From a candidate division FCPU426 bacterium (GTDB taxonomy: Bacteria > Oederibacteriota > Muellerivitia > Muellerivitales > Muellerivitaceae): a stretch of 64,000 nt of DNA. The notes beneath the pieces are model-generated. The model saw only the letters and a program-made list of their open reading frames with translations, was not told the DNA's origin and made no database searches. Below are positions 1 to 7,877 of this stretch, piece after piece. Where the stretch lies: the NCBI GenBank assembly GCA_963719085.1, contig CAVRAL010000001.1, positions 224,001 to 288,000 on the forward strand. Direction: 5' to 3'. The position numbers were made by a program, and so were the translations under genes. Positions within the stretch are counted from its first letter, which is position 1. Every line of letters begins with the position of its first letter.

Positions 1-1
1 G

Positions 2-70
2 GGCACGCCTTTCCCGAAGCTTTTGAAGCGGTTGGTGCTTTTGGCGCTGAGCCGGAAAGGCCGTGATTAA
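2..70 (+). CDS. ddl: C-terminal fragment of a probable D-alanine--D-alanine ligase (truncated by window edge)
   Basis: Frame 2 reads GTPFPKLLKRLVLLALSRKGRD*, resembling the Ddl C-terminal helix; stop overlaps the ftsQ ATG (TAATG); canonical ddl-ftsQ-ftsA-ftsZ order. Confidence 0.5.
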   Translation, partial: GTPFPKLLKRLVLLALSRKGRD

Positions 71-1134
71 TGTATTACCGGGGGTCCCGAGTTTCTTTAA
101 GCGAAAGCCGGGATCATTTTCATCCCAGCGTGGGGCCGAAGACCTGGCGGGACCGGGCGGCTTCCCGCGCGCAGGAAAAGCCGAAGGAAAAGATGTTTCG
201 GCTGTCGTTGAAGCTGGTCCGCAAGCCAAAGCGCCAAGCCCCCCTGTTTTCGGGGGCTCGGGCAACGGAAGTACAAGAACAAGTCGTTCATGGATTCTAC
301 CGGCCCAGCCGCTTGACGAGGGCTTCCAACGGCGGCGCCGCCGCGGTGGATGGCCGGGATGGTCTGCGGCCTGGTTTCGCGGTTCCGCCTTTTGTGGGGA
401 AGCTGGGGATGCCGATTTTAAAAGCGGGATTGGTGTTGGGGTTGGTGGGGGCCTTGGTGTGGTCCAAGGTGAAGACCTCGGATTTGCTGCAGCAGATGTC
501 GGGCTTGACGCTCTCCAAAATCAGCGTGGAGGGCGACCATTATTTGACGGAGGATGAAGTGATCGCCGCGGCCAAGGCGCCCCTGGGAGTCAATATGTTC
601 AAGCTCGATCTGGGCGATATCTCCGCCAAGGTGGGAGCCTTGAGCTGGGTGAAAAGGGTGTTCGTCGAGAGGCGCCTGCCCAAGTCCCTGCTCATTTCCG
701 TGGACGAGCGCAAACCCCTGGCCCTGTTGGACCATGGGGATCTTTACGCCGCGGATGCGGACGGCCGGATTTTATCCCCTTCGCAAGCCCTCTCCGGCGT
801 GGACCTGCCGGTGGTGTCGGGCCTTGATTTTACCCCGGACGCCGTGGGGACCACGCTGGAGGCGGCCAGCTTGAAGCCGGCGCTGGATTTTTTGGAATTC
901 CTGAAACACCAGGACGGGTCCTTGGCCCAGGACGTTTCGGAAGTGAACCTGGCGGAGCCCGGGTGCTTGAAGGTGACTTTTATCGACGGCGTGGTGGCCC
1001 GGTTTAACCCCTTGGTGACCGAGGACGAGCTGAGGCATATGGCGCTGGTGTTGGGCGATTTGAATTTAAAAGGGAAAAAGGCGGCCAGCCTGGACTTTCG
1101 TTACAAAGACGAAGTGCTGGTGAGGACGCGATGA
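70..1134 (+). CDS. ftsQ: Cell division protein FtsQ/DivIB with long basic N-terminal cytoplasmic region
   Basis: TM segment, POTRA motif (ISVEGDHYLTEDEV...WVKRVFVERRLP...I.V.ER.P), C-terminal LDFRY; upstream of ftsA. Confidence 0.9.
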   Translation: MYYRGSRVSLSESRDHFHPSVGPKTWRDRAASRAQEKPKEKMFRLSLKLVRKPKRQAPLFSGARATEVQEQVVHGFYRPSRLTRASNGGAAAVDGRDGLRPGFAVPPFVGKLGMPILKAGLVLGLVGALVWSKVKTSDLLQQMSGLTLSKISVEGDHYLTEDEVIAAAKAPLGVNMFKLDLGDISAKVGALSWVKRVFVERRLPKSLLISVDERKPLALLDHGDLYAADADGRILSPSQALSGVDLPVVSGLDFTPDAVGTTLEAASLKPALDFLEFLKHQDGSLAQDVSEVNLAEPGCLKVTFIDGVVARFNPLVTEDELRHMALVLGDLNLKGKKAASLDFRYKDEVLVRTR

Positions 1135-1298
1135 ACATGAAAAGAGGAACCATGGATAAAAACAATATTAACCACCAAGACACCAAGACACCAAGTTTAA
1201 AAGGTAACGATGGAACTCAAAAGCAAAAGTTTTTGACTTCCTTGGCGCCTTGGCGTCTTGGTGGTGAAAAACATGTTTTAAAACAAGGGGGTGAATGA
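1131..1298 (+). other. 55-codon ORF reading through the intergenic palindromic element between ftsQ and ftsA
   Basis: MNMKRGTMDKNNINHQDTKTPSLKGNDGTQKQKFLTSLAPWRLGGEKHVLKQGGE*; ATG overlaps ftsQ stop (ATGA); second ATG at 1152 has AGAGGA SD; stop ends 1 nt before ftsA ATG at 1300. Confidence 0.35.
1171..1265. repeat. Intergenic inverted-repeat element, CCAAG family
   Basis: ACCACCAAGACACCAAGACACCAAG ... CTTGGCGCCTTGGCGTCTTGGTGGT, 25-bp arms built from 8-nt tandem units. Confidence 0.9.
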
Positions 1299-1299
1299 A

Positions 1300-2565
1300 A
1301 TGGCTAAGGAAATAAAACAAGACGTGGTGGTGGGTTTGGACCTGGGGACGACCAAGGTTTGCACCATCATCGGGGAGCTGGATGACGAGGGCCAGGTCCA
1401 CATCATCGGCGTGGGCACCACCCAGTCGACGGGTTTGAAAAAAGGCTCGGTGGTCAACATCGAGCAAACCATCAACTCGATTAAAAAATCCATCCAGGAC
1501 GCGGAGCGCATGGCCGGGGTGGAAGTGACCTCGGTTTACGCCGGGGTGGCCGGAGGGCACATCAAGGGCCTCAACAGCCGGGGCGTCATCGCAGTGTCCC
1601 GCCGGGACAAGGAGATCACCGAGGAAGACAGGGAGCGCGTCATTGAGGCCGCGCAGGCCATCGCCATCCCGCTGGACCGGGAAATCATCCACGTGATTCC
1701 CCAGGAATATATCGTGGACGATCAGGACGGCATCAAGAATCCCGTGGGCATGTCGGGGGTTCGATTGGAGGCCGAGGTCCATGTGGTGACCGGCGCGGTG
1801 ACCAGCGTGCAAAACATCGTGCGCAGCGTGGAGCGGGCGGGGGTTTCCGTCAACGACATCGTGCTGCAGCCCCTGGCTTCCGCGGAGGCCATCCTTTCGG
1901 CCGACGAGAAAGAGCTGGGCGTGGTGCTCATTGATATCGGCGGAGGGACCACGGATATCGCGGTTTTCATCAACGGATCACTTTGGCACACGGGCATCAT
2001 CACCTTAGGGGGGGCCTTGGTCACCAGCGACGTGGCCGTGGGTTTGAGGACGCCCAACACCGAGGCGGAAAGCATCAAGACGCATTTTGGGAGCGCCTAT
2101 ACCGCCATGGTGAAAGAAGAGGAAGAAATCACCGTGCCGGGCGTGGGCGGGCGCCCGGACCGGCGCATGCCGCGGCGGGTATTGTCTGAAATTATTGAGG
2201 CCCGCATGGAGGAAATTTTTGAGCTGGTTTCCGCCGAGCTTAAGAAACACGGGTTTGAGGACCGCATCCCCGCGGGGGCGGTTATCACGGGCGGGTCTTC
2301 CTTAATGGAAGGCACGGCCGAGTTGGCGGAAAAAATCCTCCAGCTTCCGGTGCGCATTGGGTCGCCCAAACGGGTGGGCGGGTTAACGGATGTGGTTTCC
2401 AACCCCATGTATTCCACCGCGGTGGGATTGGTTTTGATGGGACTTCGGTCCCACTCGGGGCCTTCGTCGGCGGCCGGGAAGAAAAGCGCGGGCGCCAAGC
2501 AAGGCGGCGGAATGCTGCAGGACATCCTGGGCCGGATGAAGGGTTGGTTCGGAGATTCGATTTAA
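1300..2565 (+). CDS. ftsA: Cell division protein FtsA
   Basis: GLDLGTTKV, DIGGGTTD, ITGGSSL motifs; alternative GTG start at 1291. Confidence 0.98.
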   Translation: MAKEIKQDVVVGLDLGTTKVCTIIGELDDEGQVHIIGVGTTQSTGLKKGSVVNIEQTINSIKKSIQDAERMAGVEVTSVYAGVAGGHIKGLNSRGVIAVSRRDKEITEEDRERVIEAAQAIAIPLDREIIHVIPQEYIVDDQDGIKNPVGMSGVRLEAEVHVVTGAVTSVQNIVRSVERAGVSVNDIVLQPLASAEAILSADEKELGVVLIDIGGGTTDIAVFINGSLWHTGIITLGGALVTSDVAVGLRTPNTEAESIKTHFGSAYTAMVKEEEEITVPGVGGRPDRRMPRRVLSEIIEARMEEIFELVSAELKKHGFEDRIPAGAVITGGSSLMEGTAELAEKILQLPVRIGSPKRVGGLTDVVSNPMYSTAVGLVLMGLRSHSGPSSAAGKKSAGAKQGGGMLQDILGRMKGWFGDSI

Positions 2566-2573
2566 CGGCGGAT

Positions 2574-2658
2574 TTACCGCCAAGACGCCAAGTGCGCCAA
2601 GAAAGGCAAAGATTAAGAGATTTTGAAGTCCTTGGCGAACTTGGCGTCTTGGCGGTGA
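2574..2658. repeat. Intergenic inverted-repeat element, CCAAG family
   Basis: ACCGCCAAGACGCCAAGTGCGCCAAG ... CTTGGCGAACTTGGCGTCTTGGCGGT. Confidence 0.9.
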
Positions 2659-2842
2659 AAAGGTTTTGAATTTGTAGTGGGTTGGACTTTGGAAAGGTGG
2701 TGATTGTTTGGCACTGGAACTAAAGGGTTGAGGGGCGCGGGGGCGCGAGTCTTCGCCGCCCAAAGGGCGTGAGGCTTCACGTCCCTGCGCTTAAAAAATG
2801 GGGTTTAAAGTTTCACCAAAAAAATCAAGATGAGGGGGATTT

Positions 2843-4003
2843 ATGATCGAGTTCGCGGAAGACGATGTGACGCAGTATCTGGCCCATTTGAAGGTGATCG
2901 GGGTCGGCGGCGGCGGTTGCAACGCCATCAACAAAATGATTGAGGCCGGGATTGAGGGGGTGGAATGCATCTCCGCCAATACGGACTACAAATCGCTTCG
3001 CCGCAGCAAAGCGGCTAAAAAAATCCAACTGGGAAAGTCCTTGACCAAGGGCTTGGGCTCGGGCGGAAATCCCACGACCGGCAAAGAAGCGGCCACCGAG
3101 TCCATCAACGAAATCCAGCAGGCGCTGGAAGGCGCGGACATGGTGGTGGTGGCCTGCGGGATGGGCGGCGGCACGGGAACGGGCGCGGCCCCGATCGTGG
3201 CGGAGGTTTCCAAAAAGATGGGAATCCTGACGGTGGGCGTGGTGAGCCGTCCCTTTGAGTTCGAGGGACCGGTGCGCAAGGCCCAGGCCGAGGACGGACT
3301 CAAGGCCATGATGCCCCACGTGGACGCCATTGTGGTGATCCCCAACGAACGCATCAACATGGTTTGCGAGCAGGACATCGATTTGTCCTCCGCTTTCAGC
3401 CGCGTGGATGACGTTCTGGTGCAGGCCATCCAGGGCATTTCCATGGTCATCCACTCGGAAGGGATCATCAACCGCGACTTCGCCGACGTGAAGCGCATCC
3501 TGACCGCCAAAGGCAAGGTCTTGATGGGAACCGGTTACGGGACCGGCGAGGACCGGGCCTTGAAAGCGGTCCAAAAAGCCGTCAACAGCCCCTTGCTGGA
3601 GGATGTGGATATCGCTGGCGCCACCGCGGTTTTGGTGCAGGTGACCGCGGGCGCGAACTTCAGCTTGAACGAGTTCAACCAGATCAACGGGTTCCTGCAG
3701 AAGGCGGCCCGGCCTGGCGCGGAAATCATCCCCGGCATCGTGAAGGACGAGAATCTTCGCGACGGCCTGCGGGTGACCATCATCGCCACCGGTTTCGACC
3801 AAGTGAAATCGGCCGACACCGCCACGGTGATCGACCTGAAGAACTTCGTCAATCCGAACTTCCAAACCTCCAAGGGGGACACCGCGGCTTCGATCGGCGC
3901 GGAGGATTTCGAGGGGGATATGGGCATCAAGTTGACCGAAGGGCAGTACGAGATTCCGGCTTACCTGCGCCGCCGTTTGGCCAGCAAGCCGTTTAACAAC
4001 TAA
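2843..4003 (+). CDS. ftsZ: Cell division protein FtsZ
   Basis: VIGVGGGGCNA, GGGTGTG tubulin signature, NxDFADV T7 loop, C-terminal EIPAYLRR. Confidence 0.99.
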   Translation: MIEFAEDDVTQYLAHLKVIGVGGGGCNAINKMIEAGIEGVECISANTDYKSLRRSKAAKKIQLGKSLTKGLGSGGNPTTGKEAATESINEIQQALEGADMVVVACGMGGGTGTGAAPIVAEVSKKMGILTVGVVSRPFEFEGPVRKAQAEDGLKAMMPHVDAIVVIPNERINMVCEQDIDLSSAFSRVDDVLVQAIQGISMVIHSEGIINRDFADVKRILTAKGKVLMGTGYGTGEDRALKAVQKAVNSPLLEDVDIAGATAVLVQVTAGANFSLNEFNQINGFLQKAARPGAEIIPGIVKDENLRDGLRVTIIATGFDQVKSADTATVIDLKNFVNPNFQTSKGDTAASIGAEDFEGDMGIKLTEGQYEIPAYLRRRLASKPFNN

Positions 4004-4025
4004 GGCGGTAAACAGCGGCATTCAC

Positions 4026-4111
4026 CACAGAGTTACACAGAGTGAACAGAGTAAGGATCAAACCCTATTTGGGATTTGGTTTTACTCCGAGTAACTCGGT
4101 GTAACTCCGTG
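4026..4111. repeat. Intergenic inverted-repeat element, CACAGAG family
   Basis: CACAGAGTTACACAGAGTGAACAGAGTAA ... TTACTCCGAGTAACTCGGTGTAACTCCGTG, imperfect arms with 9-10-nt internal period. Confidence 0.8.
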
Positions 4112-4155
4112 TTTCAAAGATTTTGACTGTCTTTTTGGCCCGGCGCTCGTCGGGC

Positions 4156-4255
4156 CGATGAGACGGAAGCACGGCGCCCGGACCCTTTGGTGCTCCGGGA
4201 ACACCCCCTACGCTTTTCGACACCTGGGGTGCCTCCCCGTGCTTCCGTCCCATCG
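4156..4255 (-). ncRNA. Candidate structured RNA (19-bp closing helix enclosing two hairpins)
   Basis: 4156-4174 pairs with 4237-4255; inner stems 4177-4182/4194-4199 and 4202-4207/4226-4231; loops complementary; strand inferred from G-U pairs only. Confidence 0.4.
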
Positions 4256-4280
4256 CTGGGGATTTTTTTAGAGGATCCCC

Positions 4281-5591
4281 TTGGGAAAGGAAACCGATTT
4301 GCGTCGATTGGTTGTTTTTTTTATTTTTGCCCTAACCGCGTTAGGGGCCGCGGTGGTTTATTCGGCCGCCGCGTCCTCCGAAGGGATGATGCCAACGCCT
4401 TCGGCCGCGCCTCCGGTGGACACGACCTTCAATGTTTTGTGCTACCACCGGTTCATCTATCACCCGGTGAAGACCACTTCGGATTACTTGATGCCGGTGG
4501 ACAATTTCCGCTGGCAGATGCAGTACCTGAAAGACAACGGTTTCACGCCCATCAGCGTTGATCAACTTTTGGATTTTTGGGACAAGGGCTCGCCGCTTCC
4601 CCCCAAACCGGTTCTTTTGACCTTTGACGACGGATTTAAAAGTGTTTACGAGAAGGCTTTTCCGGTGTTGAAAGAATTCCACTATCCGGGAATTCTTTTC
4701 CTGATTTCCAGCTTCGTGCAAAACGGGGACGCCTGGGGGCTCCACCACAAGGACAATAGCGGGCGCATGGCGCTCAATGACGCCGAGATTGAGGAAATGG
4801 AAAAGGCGGGGCTGGTGGTGGAATCCCACACGGTCAGCCATTTGAATATGGGATTGGAAGCTGAAAAAAGAAGTCCGGCCGATTTTAAGGCGTTGGTCCA
4901 AAGGGAATTGGGATATCCCGTCGATTTTTTCGCCGGCAAGTTCGGCCAAAAGCCCGAGCTTTTAGCTTATCCCTACGGCGTTTATAACGACGAGGTCCTC
5001 AAAGAGACGGCGGCGCTTTACCGCCTGGCCTTCACGGTGAACGCGGGGCCCAATGACCGCACGGTTGATCCTTATAAGTTACGCCGGTTTTTGATCCTGG
5101 GCGATACCAGCCAAAAGGAATTCGCGTCGATGTTTGGGGATAAGGTTTTGCATATCGCCCACGCGGGTCCGGGGGATGGCCAGGTGATTTGGTCGCGTAA
5201 GCCGCTGATTTCCATTCAAATCCTGGACGACGTGGACCCCAAGTCGGTGGCGCTGAATCTTGAGACCAAACGCTTAAAAACTACCTATGACCCGCGATTG
5301 CGTTTGGTGACCTACCGGGTGGAACAACCCATCCGCATGGGCGGGCACCAATTGACCTTGAGGGCCAAAGATATGGCCGGGAATACCCGGGTTTTCAGTT
5401 GGTATTTCCGCGTGAAGCACCGCTTGGAACCGGCCCTGTCCCCGACGCCAATCACCCCAATTCCGGCCGCGTCGCCCACGCCCCTTATGAGGACTTCGTC
5501 CCCCATGGGGACTTCGTCCACTGCGAGGACTTCGTCCCCAATGGGGACTTCGCCACCAGCCATGATGAAGGTGGGCCATGACTCCCAATAA
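4281..5591 (+). CDS. Exported polysaccharide deacetylase (NodB/IcaB-PgaB type) with C-terminal Ig-like region
   Basis: N-terminal TM/signal, VLCYH, LTFDDG, SHTVSH, AYPYG motifs. Confidence 0.88.
   Translation: MGKETDLRRLVVFFIFALTALGAAVVYSAAASSEGMMPTPSAAPPVDTTFNVLCYHRFIYHPVKTTSDYLMPVDNFRWQMQYLKDNGFTPISVDQLLDFWDKGSPLPPKPVLLTFDDGFKSVYEKAFPVLKEFHYPGILFLISSFVQNGDAWGLHHKDNSGRMALNDAEIEEMEKAGLVVESHTVSHLNMGLEAEKRSPADFKALVQRELGYPVDFFAGKFGQKPELLAYPYGVYNDEVLKETAALYRLAFTVNAGPNDRTVDPYKLRRFLILGDTSQKEFASMFGDKVLHIAHAGPGDGQVIWSRKPLISIQILDDVDPKSVALNLETKRLKTTYDPRLRLVTYRVEQPIRMGGHQLTLRAKDMAGNTRVFSWYFRVKHRLEPALSPTPITPIPAASPTPLMRTSSPMGTSSTARTSSPMGTSPPAMMKVGHDSQ
5489..5560. repeat. In-frame 36-nt tandem duplication (18-nt sub-period) in deacetylase tail
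   Basis: GGACTTCG at 5491, 5509, 5527, 5545; encodes RTSSPMGTSSTA-RTSSPMGTSPPA. Confidence 0.85.
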
Positions 5592-6987
5592 ACCCCTCTT
5601 TTTCCCGAAATTTTTGTTTTTCGGGCTTTTAATCCTGGCGCTGGGGACTTTTTCACGGGCGGGTGACGATTCCGTTGCTCTCCAATATACCTATCGGGCG
5701 GATCAGGGAAGCGTTTCCTTATTGAAGGATCAAAACGGGAAAAGATACGTTCCCCTGATGGACGCCGCGAAATTTTACGGCATCGACGTGGCCTTTGACG
5801 CCCAGACCCGGAAGATTCTTTTGAAGAAGGGAAACCGGACGGTCAAGATCATCCTATCCCAACCGGTTTTTCTATTGATGAACCCTTCCGCATCCGCCCC
5901 CATTGATCCCGTGGAGGTGATCTCGGGTCAATTGGCGGTGCCGATCGAGTCCATCGGCGACATCTTGAGCGGCGTGCTGAATATCAACGTTCGATACCTT
6001 TCGGACTCCCAAACGGTCATGGTGGGGGGAGTTTCGGACAACGAAATCCGTCAGGAAATTTTGACCCAAGCCCAATCCTTGACTCCGACGCCTGGGACTA
6101 AATTGGTCCTGATGGCCGTACCGACCGCCACGCCCGCGATGGTGGTGGAAGCGCCTCCCACGGCCACGCCGCAATTAGTCATCGAGGCCCCTAGCGCGCT
6201 CGTGACACCCACCGAAACCGTGGACTCCGAAGACCAAGATGAGACCCCCGCGCCTATTCCTGGAAAAGATGAATTGCCGCCGTCCAAGAATGTGTATCAG
6301 GTGCGCCGTATCATCATCGACGCTGGGCATGGAGGTGTGGATAACGGAGCCCGCGGTTATGACAAGCGCTATACCGAAAAGCAGGCGACCTTGGATATCG
6401 CCAAAAGGGTCGCCGGGATATTGAACAAGCAAAATGACCTGGATGTCTTTTTAACCCGCACCGCCGATTATTACATCACGTTGAAATACCGGACCACCTT
6501 CGCCAATGAGCATAACGGTGACCTTTTTGTTTCCATCCATTGCAACGCCAATCCCAACACCGAGGCCTATGGGACCGAAACCTACTTCTACAGTACGAAG
6601 GCCTCCAACCAAGCCGCTGAAGTGGCGGCCGTGCATGAAAACGGGGATGGCGACGCCATTGATTCCATACTCAACTCCCTTCACAATCAGGCCTACCGCC
6701 TGCGTAGCTTCGAATTGGCCAAATTGGTGGATGCCCACATCCGCGAGAGGATGGGCCAGCATATCCGCCGAATCCAGCAGGCGCCTTTTTATGTCCTGGC
6801 GCGCGTCAACATGCCGTCCATATTGGTGGAAACGGCCTTTATCACCAACCCCAAGGAAGAGGAAAAGTTGAAGGATGAGGATTGGCGGGACAAAATCGCC
6901 CACGCCATAGCCGACGGCATCCTGGCTTACCGGGATGAAATGAAGAAAGTGGAGGGAAGCTTTGGAAACCAAACCAGCACTCAGTGA
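5578..6987 (+). CDS. N-acetylmuramoyl-L-alanine amidase (Amidase_3) with N-terminal domain and Pro/Thr linker
   Basis: Signal peptide; IIIDAGHGG, TEK, FVSIHCNA, PSILVETAFITN. Confidence 0.93.
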   Translation: MTPNKPLFFPKFLFFGLLILALGTFSRAGDDSVALQYTYRADQGSVSLLKDQNGKRYVPLMDAAKFYGIDVAFDAQTRKILLKKGNRTVKIILSQPVFLLMNPSASAPIDPVEVISGQLAVPIESIGDILSGVLNINVRYLSDSQTVMVGGVSDNEIRQEILTQAQSLTPTPGTKLVLMAVPTATPAMVVEAPPTATPQLVIEAPSALVTPTETVDSEDQDETPAPIPGKDELPPSKNVYQVRRIIIDAGHGGVDNGARGYDKRYTEKQATLDIAKRVAGILNKQNDLDVFLTRTADYYITLKYRTTFANEHNGDLFVSIHCNANPNTEAYGTETYFYSTKASNQAAEVAAVHENGDGDAIDSILNSLHNQAYRLRSFELAKLVDAHIRERMGQHIRRIQQAPFYVLARVNMPSILVETAFITNPKEEEKLKDEDWRDKIAHAIADGILAYRDEMKKVEGSFGNQTSTQ

Positions 6988-7807
6988 GGATGTAAAGGCC
7001 GCCCAAACGGGCGGTCTGACGCTTTTAACTTTTCCGAGGTTCGCGGATTCGAAATCCGTGAAGCACGTGATTTCCACCCGCTTGGGCGGCGTGAGCCGGG
7101 GCGTTTTTAGTTCCCTGAATCTCAGCACCCAAGTGGGCGATGATCCCTTGAGGGTTTCCCAAAACCGGGAACTGTTTCGTCTTGGCGCGGGTTACGCCAA
7201 GACCCGGCTGGTGCAGGCCAAACAAATCCACAGCGATATCGTGTTGAAAGTGGGCGCGGGCGATGTGAAGAGCCTGCCGGTGAGCGGGCCTTGGAAAGAA
7301 GGCGACGCGTTGATCACGGCTGAGAAAAACGTGACCTTGATGATTTTGGTGGCGGATTGCCTGCCCGTTTTATTTTACGACCCCGTCCACCAGGCCATCG
7401 GCTTGGCCCACGCGGGATGGCGGGGCACGGCCACCCACATCGCGGCCAAGACCCTTTTGTCCATGGGGGAGGCTTTCGGCACCCAGGCTTCCGAGGTGAG
7501 GGTGGCTCTGGGACCCTGTATTGGGCCCTGTTGTTATGAAGTGGGGGATGACGTGAAGGGACAGTTTGATGAAATCTTCCCTTGGTCTTCCGAGGTTTTT
7601 CAAAAATCTTTCGAGGGCCGCTTTAAGCTCGACCTGCCCGAGGCCAATGTCCGCCAATTGCTGGACCTTGGGGTTTTACCGGAAAATCTGGTTCGCTCCA
7701 ACCTTTGCACCGTTGACCGCAAAGATTGGTTTTATTCCCATCGGGCGGAGGCTTCACCGGAGAAATCCACCGGCCGCCTGGGCGCCTTTTTAATGCTGGC
7801 GGATTAA
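6962..7807 (+). CDS. pgeF: Peptidoglycan editing factor PgeF (YfiH)
   Basis: STRLGGVS, QIHS, VADCLP, AHAGWRG, GPCIGPCCYEV, FYSHR. Confidence 0.93.
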   Translation: METKPALSEDVKAAQTGGLTLLTFPRFADSKSVKHVISTRLGGVSRGVFSSLNLSTQVGDDPLRVSQNRELFRLGAGYAKTRLVQAKQIHSDIVLKVGAGDVKSLPVSGPWKEGDALITAEKNVTLMILVADCLPVLFYDPVHQAIGLAHAGWRGTATHIAAKTLLSMGEAFGTQASEVRVALGPCIGPCCYEVGDDVKGQFDEIFPWSSEVFQKSFEGRFKLDLPEANVRQLLDLGVLPENLVRSNLCTVDRKDWFYSHRAEASPEKSTGRLGAFLMLAD

Positions 7808-7877
7808 GGCTGGTTTTGGGAAGAACGTTAAAAAACGAAGGCGTAACACGCGCCTATTTCTTCGAATTTTCAACGCC

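Noticed and set aside
1171..2658. CCAAG repeats as a CRISPR array
   Set aside because: Units are 8-9 nt, inverted and dispersed; no repeat-spacer periodicity and no cas genes
2825..4021. Long antisense ORFs over ftsZ (also 24227-25648, 26479-27684, 30044-31480, 52313-53527)
   Set aside because: Shadow frames caused by GC-biased codon usage of well-supported genes on the opposite strand; no motifs or SD
4165..4252. tRNA-Sec-like ends GGAAG...CTTCCG
   Set aside because: No UCA anticodon arm or cloverleaf; kept only as an unassigned structured RNA
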